A DNA stretch of 64,000 nt from Mustelus asterias (Eukaryota), in assembly GCF_964213995.1 (NCBI RefSeq), contig NC_135823.1, positions 186,001-250,000 of the forward strand. The letters are read 5' to 3'. The notes below the pieces were generated by a model. That model was not told where the DNA came from. It ran no database searches and was given only the letters and a program-made list of their open reading frames with translations. This document shows, piece by piece, positions 1 through 10,600 of this stretch (positions are counted from its first letter, which is position 1; every line of letters begins with the position of its first letter). The position numbers and the translations under genes are program-made.

Positions 1-514
1 TTTCGACACTCTATCTGACTGTGACACTACATTCTCTACCTTCTCCTTTCCTTCTGCCCTATGTACTCTATGAACAGTATGCCTTGTCTGTTTAGCGCTC
101 AAGAAGCAAAACCTTTCACTGTATCCCAAGTATAAACGGGAGCAACTGTCTGCTCCCTCAATCGTGCTAACCCTGCAAAGGCATCATTCTAAATGAGGAG
201 TGAGGATGACACAAACTACAAAGAGATACCCAGGGCAGTGAGGAGCGGATGGTCTTTTTGCTGTTTTCCACATACTAGCTTTTCTCTTTGGTGACTCGTC
301 ATCTGCGCTGGAAAACATGGTGGAAATGTACGTTTTGCAGATACTACGTGCAGTGGTTAAGAACTGGAAAATTCAGCACTGTGTTTATTTTGTCTCAGCG
401 CTTCCCGTTTATAGTTCAGGAGCCCGCTCATATCTCAGTCCGCCAAGACAAACACCTCACAGCTTATGCTTCACTGGGCGCTTCAGACTGTTCAAACTGT
501 GGAGAAAAGGCAAA

Positions 515-826
515 GTTTATTTATTTTTTTATTATTAGTCACAAGTAGGCTTACGTTCACACTGCAATGAAGTTACTGTGAAAATACCCTAGTCGCCACA
601 TTCCAGCTCCTGTTCGGGTAACACTGAGGGAGAATTTAGCTTGGCAAGTTCACCTCACCTGCACATCTTTGGGACCATAGGAGGAACCCGGAGCACCCGC
701 AGGAAACCCGAAACCCACGCAGACACGGGAGAGTGTGCAAACTCCACACAGACAGTGACCCGAGGCCGGGAATCGAACCTGGCGCTGTGAGGCAGCAGTG
801 CCAACCACTGTGCCGCCGTGCCGCCC
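515..826 (-). mobile_element. V-SINE with alternative 3' tail (others at ~16025-16325 -, 21592-21900 +, 22013-22300 +, 23606-23940 +, 24090-24541 -, 28717-28999 -, 35340-35640 -, 38580-38870 +, 62950-63250 +)
   Basis: Same tRNA head and V-domain, but tail gtggcgactagg..ttttcacagtaacttcattgcagtg..aagcctacttgtgactaataa. Confidence 0.85.
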
Positions 827-922
827 TTTGTTGGGCAGCGTGGATAATTTGCTGAACTCAACAGCACGACTGGTTGCGTCATTCACCTGAGCATAGGGGA
901 CAGCAATCTAATAGTTTCTAAT

Positions 923-1257
923 GGGCGGCACGGTAGCACAGTGGTTAGCACTGCTGCTTCACAGCTCCAGGGTCCCGGGATCGATTCCCGGCTCGGGTCA
1001 CTGTCTGTGTGGAATTTGCGCATTCTCCTTGTGTCTGCGTGGGTTTCCTCCGGGTGCTCCGGTTTCCTACCACAGTCCAAAGATGTGCGGGTTAGGTTGA
1101 TTGGCCAGGTTAAAAAATTGCCCCTTAGAGTCCTGGGATGTGTAGGTTAGAGGAATTGGCGGGTAAAATATGTGGGGGTAGGGCCTGGGTGGGATTGTGG
1201 TTGGTGCAGACTCGATGGACCGAATAGCCTCCTTCTGCACTGTAGGGTTTCTATGAT
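923..1257 (+). mobile_element. HE1-type V-SINE (representative full-length copy; others at ~7375-7690 -, 11585-11893 -, 14058-14377 +, 25127-25433 -, 30165-30500 -, 45440-45802 +)
   Basis: gggcggcacggtagcacagtggttagc A-box, gatcgattcc B-box, V-domain, CR1-derived tail ending ttctatg. Confidence 0.9.
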
Positions 1258-3431
1258 AATACAGAGTGTTGCGTTGAATTCATTCCCGATATCTTCATTT
1301 ATTTTGTTTTGAACCAGAAGGTGTCAGATTGAAGATAACTCGAAAGAGGAGTGAACGTTTTAGTTATTGTTTCACCTGGTGTCTGTTTCCCTGTCTATCT
1401 CTCTGTGGCTTAATTATCCTCTTACTCGATGGAGCATGGACAATCTGCTCCAGGCTGTTATCCTTCACACTGAACGCAACCACGTGGGGAGGCAATGGCC
1501 GAGTGGCATTATCACTGGACTTAATCCAAAAACTCAGCTAATGAGGCATAGATCGGGTGGACTCTCAGAGGCTTTTTCCCAGTGTGGAAATGGCTGCTAC
1601 GAGAGGACACAGGTTTAAGGCGCTGGGGGGTAGGTACAGGGGAAATGTTAGGGGGAGGTTTTTCACACAGACGGTGGTGGGCGAGTGGGATCGGCTGCCG
1701 TCAGTGGTGGTGGAGGCAAACTCAATAGGGTCTTTTAAGAGACTCCTGGATGAGTACATGGGACTTAATAGGATGGAGGGCTCTCGGTAGGCCGAAAAGG
1801 TAGGGATATGTTCGGCACAACTTGTGGGGCCGAAGGGCATGTTTTGTGCTGTAGTTTTCTATGTCTCTATGTTTCTAATGTTCTGGGTACCCGAGTTCGA
1901 ATCCCGCCACGGCAGAGAATGGAATTTAAATTTAATAAAAAATATGTGGAATTAAGAATCTACCAATTACAATGGTTAGCACTGTTGCCTAACAGTGCCA
2001 GCGCTACTGTTGCCTAACCCGAGTTGAATTCTGGCCTCGGGTCACTCTCTGTGTCGAGTTGGCACACTTTCCCCATGTCGGCGTGGGTGCTCCAGTTTCT
2101 TCACACAGTCCTAAGATGTGCGGGTTAAGTTGATTGACCATGTTAAATTCCCGGTAGTGTCAGGGGGATTAGCAGTGTAAAAACATGATGTTCAGGGGAT
2201 AGGACCTGGGTGGGATTATTGTGGTGCTGGCTCGATGGGCAGAAAGGCCTCCTTCTGCAATGCAGGGATTCTATGAATGTTGATCTGTTCATTATTCTTC
2301 AAACAAAGAAGAGGAATAATCTGGAACTCCGACCCTCAAATAGTTGCTAAGAAAGGTGGGGTGGCGGTCATTGAAAACTTCCAGAACTTAGATGTTGTTC
2401 GGTAATACGATGGAGGTTTATTGAATGGAACAGCGTGGATGGAGTTAATACAGATCAGTCAAGACAGACCAAACTCACCGAGTGGCTGAATGGACTCCAC
2501 CTGCCCCAGTGTTCTTGTGGATACAGCAGTGTATTCCAAGTCAAATTTAGGACTGATGCCAGGAGCCTATCTCACAGGAAGTGATCGGCATTGAGAATAG
2601 TTCTCTGGGTAGAGTGAATTGGGGGATAATTGAATGAAACCACTGCATTCCTCAAGAAACAATTGTCCTGGTGGATGAGAAGTTCAAATCCTCATGGGGT
2701 GGATGGACTGTCTTGAGCACAAGAACTTTTCCCATTTTGAAAATCCCCTTCGTTGAAAGGTCAGTCACGAGGGAACATAGATTCAAGGTGAGGGGCAGGA
2801 AGGTTTAGGGGGGTGTGAGGAAAAGATTTTTCACTCAGAGGGTGGTGAGGGTCTGGAATGCGCTGGTCGGGAGGGTGGTAGATGCGGGTTGCCTCCCATA
2901 TTTTAAAAAAGACCCGGATAAGCACTTGACACGTCATAACATTCAGGGCAACGGGCCAAGTGTTGGTAGATGAGATTTGGCGGGAGTTCAGGTCTCGGTG
3001 CAGACTCGCTGGGCCGAAAGGCCTCCTTTGCACTCCATGATTCTATGATTCTGCATAATGTACACATGGCTTCAAATACTCATCGCAATTTCTGCGCAGA
3101 ATGATTTTTTGGACCAGTGCAAAGCGGTGTGCATTTGAAAATGTGTCTACGCGTTTGTATCAGGAATTGTCCAAGGTTCTATATTATTTCAGAGAATAAC
3201 AATTATCCAATTATCCAAAAATCATCACACGACATTCGAGATTCTTAATAGTTGTGATATTAAAAATATTATGGGGATATGTCGTACCGTGTCAGTGAAA
3301 AATCATCTGAACTTTACTCACTCGTTTGCCGAATCTTCTAACGTGACTGAATAATTGACGTTTGCAAAGTTCGCCAGCAAATCTGTTGCATTCAAAGCCA
3401 ATGGGTTATCCTTCAAGCTGTATGGATTTTA

Positions 3432-3780
3432 TTTATTCATTCGGGGGACATGGGCGTCGCTGGTTGGTCAGCATTTATTGTCCATCCCTAGTTGCCATTG
3501 GAGGGCAGTTGAGAGTCAACCACATTGCTGTGGATCTGAAGTCACATGAAGGCCAGACCGGGTAAGGAGGCAGATTTCTTTCCCCAAAGGGTATTTGTGA
3601 ACCAGGTATTATTTTTTGGGACAATCGCCAATAGTCATCAGTAGATTCTTAATCCCAGAGTTTATTTTTATTTAATCTAAATTTCACCATCTGCCGTGGT
3701 GGGATACGAACCCTGGTCCCCATTAGCTAACTTTCTGGATTATGAGTCTCGCGATCATACCACTAGGCCTTCGCCTCCGC
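3432..3780 (-). mobile_element. tRNA-derived SINE with LINE-shared tail (others at ~27790-28085, 41948-42290, 56210-56535)
   Basis: Head ggcctagtggtat..gggttcgtatccc; tail ggacaataaatgctgaccaaccagcgacgccc shared with the LINE end at 48270-48310. Confidence 0.75.
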
Positions 3781-4627
3781 ATTCAGGTAGGAACATTTAC
3801 GAAGAATTAAGAAAAACAAAATCACCATTAAAATCGTGGTGTGGTGAAAGAGGAATCATTCTCAAGGGCATTGGGAAAAAGCCAAGAGTTTAGACTAAAT
3901 TGATGGTTCCAGCAAATGACACTGGCTTGACGGGCAGAATGGCCTCTTTCTGGGCTGGAAATTGCCACAGTTCTAAGCTTCGAGTCTATAAAATCCATTT
4001 ACCCAGTGTTCAGACGGGAATATGGATTGCAGATAATGTTCTTTCAGGATTAAATATATCAGTGCCCAATACCAGGATACATCCAGTTAAGGCTCGGGAC
4101 ACATTTAATCTTGCAGATTTCATATTCATGCAGCCGAAATCCTGAACCAATTACTAACCTGCCTGGTCAGCCCTTAATCCCATCTCCAACGCACACACAC
4201 ATCCTAAAAATGTCTATGTAAATTAGCTGAAGAGCCACCGGAAACATATTTGTTCTAAACCCTTATAGAAACCGGAATCACACAGCTTACATTTGGTATT
4301 CAAAACCTGTTTCAATATTTAGATAACTCCGGCAAAGATATATTTTGAATTATTTCTTGCACAATTACAGTAGAAAATTCAGAATAGAATTTTAAAAACC
4401 GCTATGAGAAATTAGAAGCAAGGAGAGGTGAAATTGCACTGCCGACGATATTCCGTCATAGGATGGCGGACATTAAGAGAAAATTCATTTTCCGGTTTGG
4501 GCGCCATCATACTATAGAGCCACCAATCCGCCCGAATTTCCACCGGCTGCACTTTCTGAATTTCCCGTGCAACAAGAAGAATGTTTCTAAAGCACTCGAC
4601 ATCCGGTGAGTTCTCTCTCCCCTCGAG

Positions 4628-4672
4628 TTAGAGTTTTGGATCCTCGTTAAAGGCCAGGCGAGCGTAAAGCGT
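4628..4672 (-). CDS. Exon 6 (terminal): TLYARLAFNEDPKL-stop, ITSM/ITIM-like tyrosine motif
   Basis: Acceptor cacttttcatccacag, phase 0 matching exon 5; YxxL motif at the exon start; TAA at 4628-4630. Confidence 0.75.
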   Translation of the reverse strand, partial: TLYARLAFNEDPKL

Positions 4673-7600
4673 CTGTGGATGAAAAGTGATCAGTTAGTGC
4701 AATCCACACCATTATTATAGGGATATGCGAGACCATTGAGTCCCCCACTCCACCCCTCTCCGCACGCCCGCCCCCCCCCCCCCCCCCCGCCGCCTCCGCC
4801 GCCCCGCCACTCTATTCAATCGGTTCATGGCTGGACTGTAGCTCAACTCACAGTCAACCACCAATATTGAATAATCCTTAATCCACTCCCTAATATATAT
4901 CTAACTGTCGCAGTTTTGAGAGTTCCAATTGCCCAATGTTCTATATAGCTTTTTAGTGACCAGAATTCCGCTCCGCGTGCTGTGATGAAGTGTTTTGATT
5001 TTATTTATTATTGTCACATGTATTACTATGCATTGAAAAGTATTGTTTCTTGCCCAGGATACAGACAAAGCATACCGTGTACGGAGGAGGAAAGGAGAGG
5101 GTGCAGATTATAGTGTTACAGTGACAGCTAGGGTGTAGAGAAATTTCAACTTAATATGAGGCAAGTCAATTCTAATGTCTGATGGCAGCAGGGAAGAAGC
5201 TGTTCTTGCGTGGGTTGTACGTGACCTCAGACTGATGTATCTTTTTCCCGAAGGAGGAAGGTGGAAAAGAGTATGTCCAGGGTGCGTGGGGTCCTTGATT
5301 GTGCTGTCTCTTTTTTACATAGAAACGTAGAAGATAGCAGCAGGAAGAGGTCATTTGGCCATTCGAGCCTGCTCCACGACTCATTACGATCATGGCTGAT
5401 CGTGCAGCCCAATAGCCTAATCCTGCTTTCTCCCCATAACCTTCGCCCCCAGGTGCGATATCCAGCCGCCTCTTGAATACATTCAATATTTTGGCATCAA
5501 CTACTTCCTGTGGCAATGAATTCCACAGGTTCACCACTCTTTTGGTGAAGAAATGTCTCCTCATCTCCGTCCTAAACATCCTCCCTGCATCCACCCTGTC
5601 TCGCCCTGTTAGAATTTTATAAGTCTCTATGAAATCCCTCCTCATTCGTCTGAACTCCAGCGAAAACAATCCTAACCTAGTCAATCTCTCCTCATACATC
5701 AGTCCCGCCATTCCCGGAATGAGCCTGGTAAACCTTCCCTCGAGAGCACGAGCATCCTTCCAAAGTGAATACGCCTGGTATGTGTCCTGCTCTGTCCAGG
5801 ACCACAAGAACTGGTCCAATCCCATCTCTCAAACCAGCCTCCCATCTACTGACTCTGTCGGCACTTCCCGCTGTCTCGGAAAAGCAACCAGCATAATTAA
5901 GGACCCGACGCATTCCAGACTTACTCTCTTCCACCTTCTTCCGTCGGGAAAAAGCTACAAAACTTTGAGGTCACCTACCAACCGACTCAAGAACAGCTTC
6001 TTCCCTGCTGCCATCAGACTTTTGAATGGACCTACCTCGCACTAAGTTGATCTTTCTCTACGCCCGAGCTTTGACTATAACACTACATTTTCCACTCTCT
6101 CCTTTCCTTCTCTATGAACGGTATGCCTTCTCTATATAGAGCGCAAGGAACAATACTTTCCACTGTACCCCAATACATATGACAATAATAAATCAAATCA
6201 ATGTACTCTATGAATGGTATGCTTTGTCTGTACAGCGCGCAATAAACAATACCTTTCACTGCATGCTAATGCATGTGACAATAATAAATCAAATCAATGT
6301 ACTCTATGAACGGTATGCTTTGTCTGTATAGCGCGCAATAAACAATACTTTTCACTGTATGCTAATGCTTGTGACAATAATAAATCAAATCAATGTACTC
6401 TATGAACGGTATGCTTTGTCTGTATAGCGCGCAATAAACAATACTTTTCACTGTATGCTAATGCTTGTGACAATAATAAATCAAATCAATGTACTCTATG
6501 AACGGTATGCTTTGTCTGGATAGCGCGCAATAAACAATACTTTTCACTGTATGCTAATGCATGTGACAATAATAAATCAACTCAAATCAAATGTCCCACG
6601 AATGAATTGAACAAAAAATCTAACTTGGAAGAAGTGTCATTCGGCCTGGAAACTTTCTCTGTCCGTGATGCCGCCAGGCTTATTGAGATTATCCAGAACT
6701 TTCTGTGTTGGTTATGAATTGTAAACCGCGGATTAATAGTTAGTGAAATGTATCCGTGTGGTATAGCAACAACAATTCCATTCATTCACCTCTTTATTCT
6801 GTTTGTGTTCTCTGGATTCTGTCAGTTTCTCATCACTGTTCGCGGTTCCTGTGAGAAAGAGTGATTTAAACTGAAATTTAAACTGGCTACATTTCACACC
6901 GAACCCGCTCAGAAGTGTCAATAACTCAGCGATAAATGGGCGGATTGAGAACGCCGCGCAGTAACAGCGTCCTCCAACAATCGCTACCTCTCTGCCGGTT
7001 CCTGCAGATCCTTCTTCCGGCCACAAGGACCAAGCCCAGAAGGAGAAGCGCCGCAGCCGACAAACCCCCGGAAAACAGTAAATGACAGGTGGTCGGGAAG
7101 GGAGAATCTGCAAAAAGAATTAAACTTTCACTCAAAGAAAATCAAGTGTGGAAATAATTAAACAAGCGAAGGAGTTTGCCCAATTTAACTGTCCAATTTG
7201 ACAGGAAAATGGTAAAATGTTTTTGCACACTTTCCCATCATGTAATAGAGTAGCACTTTTACAATAGGACACAAGGCGAGATAGAGAGTAATAGTGACAG
7301 GGAGACTGAGCATTTTTTGAACAGGGCACACAGAGAGATGGAAGGAGAGAGTGAAAGATTCAGGGAGAGAGTAACCATGAAATCCCACAGTGCAGAAGAA
7401 GACCATTCGGGCCATCGCGTCTACACTGACAATAATCCCACCCTCTCCCCGTCACATCACGCATTTACCCTGCTAATCCTCCTGACAGTCGGGTCAATTT
7501 AGCATGGCCAATCAACCTAACCCGCACATCTTTGGACTGTGGGAGGAAACCGGAGCACCCAGAGGAAACCCACGCACTCACGGGGAGAATGTGCAGACTC

Positions 7601-10600
7601 GACACAGACAACCCCCGAGGCCGGAATTGAACCCGGGGCTCTTGGCGCTGTGAGACATCAGTGCGAACAATTGTGCCACCGTGTTGCCCAATCAAGAGAT
7701 TTTTAAAAAGCACTTTTCCAATGGGACACAGGGAGAGGCAGAGAGAGAGAGTGACAGAGGGACTGCGCACTTTTTGAACATAGAGAAAGGAGGAGAGTGT
7801 GAAAGATTCAGGGAAGAGAAAGAACCAAGATGTTACAAAGCCCAGTTTAAACAACAGAGGAATAAAGCACGAAGTGGAATCATAGAGTCATAGAGGCTTA
7901 CAGCATGGAAACAGGCCCTTCAGACCAACTTGTCCATCCCGCCCCTTTTTTAACAACTAAGCTTGTCTAATTTGCCCGTGCTTGGCCCATGTCCCTCTGT
8001 ACCCATCTTACCCATGTAACTGTCTAAACGCTTTTTAAAAGACAAATTTGTACCCGCCTCTACTACTGCCTCTGGCAGCTCGTTCCAGACACTCAACACC
8101 CAGTGTGTGAAAAAATTGTCCCAGATATATTGACAGAATAAATGATTCAAAGATAGAGCAGCAATCTGAGAGAACATCGTTCAAAGATAGAGAGATAGGC
8201 AGAGACGATAACTTATACAGAAGTATTTAGCTCAATTTTCAATAGGGAAAGATTCAGAGAGCTTTTGAGAAAGAGCGAAAAGAAGAGAACAAAATAGATA
8301 TCATTGGAGAGCGATAGGTAGACACTGAGATGAAGCACCATGTAACTCGCACAAAAATAGTAAACATAGAACGCTGGAGAATGGAAGATAAACCAATAAA
8401 TAGAGGGAAAGAGAGAGAGAGAGACAGAGAGAGAGAGGGCGATGAATATCTGAAGTTAGAGTGAGAGTGAAAGAGAGTGACAGACTGACTGAGAAAGCTA
8501 CACCAGGGTATAAATTGAAGATTGATAGAGAGAAAGGGTGGGGGGTAAGTGGGGGGGGGGGGGGGGGGCGTGGGGGGGGGGCGGTGGATGGTGGGGGAGA
8601 GAGATTGTAAACAGGGGAAGATAAACAACTAGACAGATCATAGTATGCCTGCAGAACAGAACAAGGCCTATCGGCCTATCGAGCCTGCACGACAATAGTC
8701 CCACCCAGGTCCCAACAACTTAATCCCAAATGATTACCCTGACACTTAGGGACAATCTACCATGGCCAACGCACCTGGCCTACTCATCTTTGGACACTAA
8801 CGGACAATTTAGCATTGCCAATCCACCTAACTCGCACATCTTTGGACATGAAGGGGCAATTTAGCATGGCCAATCCACCTAACTCGCACATCTTTGGACA
8901 CTAAGGGGCAATTTAGCATGGCCAATCCACTTAACTTGCACATCTTTGGACACTAAAGGGCAATTTGCCACAGCTAATCAAACTAACCTGCACATCTTGG
9001 ACACTAAGGGGCAATTTACCATGGCTGATCTGCCTGACTTACACATCTTTTGACACTAAGGGGCAATTCAGCCTGGCCAATCCAACGAGCCTGCACATTT
9101 GTGGACACAAAGGGGCAATTCAGCATGGCCAATCCAACTAACCTGCTGATTCATGACACTTGGGCTCAATTAACCATGGCCGATCCACCTGGCCTACACA
9201 TCTTTTGACACTAAGGGGCAATTTAGCATGGCCAATCCACCTAATCTGCACATCTTTCGACACTAAGGGTCAATTTAGCACGGCCAATCCACCTAACCTG
9301 CACATCTTTCGACACTGAGGGGCAATTTAGCATGGTCAATCCACCTAACCCACACATTCTTTGGAGTTTGGGAGGAAACAGGAGCACCCGCAGGAAACCC
9401 GGTGTAACTGAATGGGATTGAAGTAGAGAGAGACGAAGGGATGAGATAGAGTACGACACCGGGGATATAATCACACATTTCAATTTTACACACAGGCAGA
9501 TTGGTCCTTGACCTTCAGACATGTAACGGTGTCTTAGCCAGATACAAGAGGTGGGAGAGGGGAAGAGGCCATTCGGCCTATCTCGCCTATTCCGCCATCC
9601 AATAACACCATGGCGAACCGTGTACATAAACTTCACTTTCCCGCCCTTTCTCTTACCCATTAATCTATCCGTTCTGGCGAATGTGTTTCAGTGATTCAAC
9701 ATCCAAGGCTCTCTACGGTAGCGAAGAAGAGTTAAAATATAAGAAAACGAAACTGGGAGGGCTGTGATATGCCAGTGTTGATTTAGATTTCAATGGAGAT
9801 GCCCGCAGAGACATTTGTAATTTACAAAGTTGGACTGCTCTTAGTAAAGTGTCCCGTTAATATTAAATGGATTGAAAAATGGTCATTGTGAATAGCTACC
9901 TCTCTGAGATGAGACACTTTCACTGAGAATACTTTCACTGGAGTTGACCTGAACGGTGCAAGTACAGCGAGCACCGCTTCTCCAAGTTTCCGCCGGGAGG
10001 CTGATGTAACTCCTGACGGTGTAGGTCCCGTCCGGCTCCAGTGTCCCTGAATCGGTCTGTCCCTCGGTATCCCGTCCCGAAACATTCCAGCGGACGGGAA
10101 AGGAATCGGGAGACACGCCTCTGACCAAGCACAACAACGGGACTCTTTCCATGGCGGGAATCTCATCCAGCGGCGGAGTGAGGAGGAATATGGTGGGAGA
10201 ACCCGCTAAATCCGGCAAAACAAAAGGGGAACCCATTGACAAATGGAACAGGCCACATTAATTGCTCTGAGGTCCCACATCAATGTAATAATAATGGAAT
10301 GTACCTGTAATCACTAACTTGGAGCCATTTCCGAATATTTGGGTCATGTTCTGGTAATTGCGGATTGCACAGTAATATATCCCAGAATCATTGATCCGGG
10401 AATCCGCAATGGTTAGTGAATAAATACGCCGTTTTTCAGAAATCTCGCTGGAAAATCTCCCCTCAGCTGGGCTGTTCTGGTACGCTATGTAAATCAAATC
10501 CATGTGGTTTCTCTCCCTCTGTCTGTACCAGAAGACAGAGCCAGCAGCTTGACCCTGGATGCGGCAGCTGAGATTAACAGGACTCCCCGCAAGGAGCGTC

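Noticed and set aside
279-548. Plus-strand ORF with TAYASL (ITIM-like) and flanking splice-like sites; TM-like ORF at 1329-1541
   Set aside because: No coherent exon chain or recognisable domain; the ORF runs into a SINE; cannot be supported without upstream sequence.
923-1000. tRNA-like sequences
   Set aside because: They are SINE heads continuing into the V-domain and LINE-derived tail, not tRNA genes.
8740-9365. Regular repeat arrays resembling CRISPR
   Set aside because: Head-to-tail SINE-internal units without unique spacers, in a eukaryotic context.
10368-10374. cacagta (TACTGTG on the coding strand) cryptic RSS heptamer at the V YYC codons
   Set aside because: It is forced by Tyr-Cys-Ala codons, and there is no nonamer-like sequence at 12- or 23-bp spacing.
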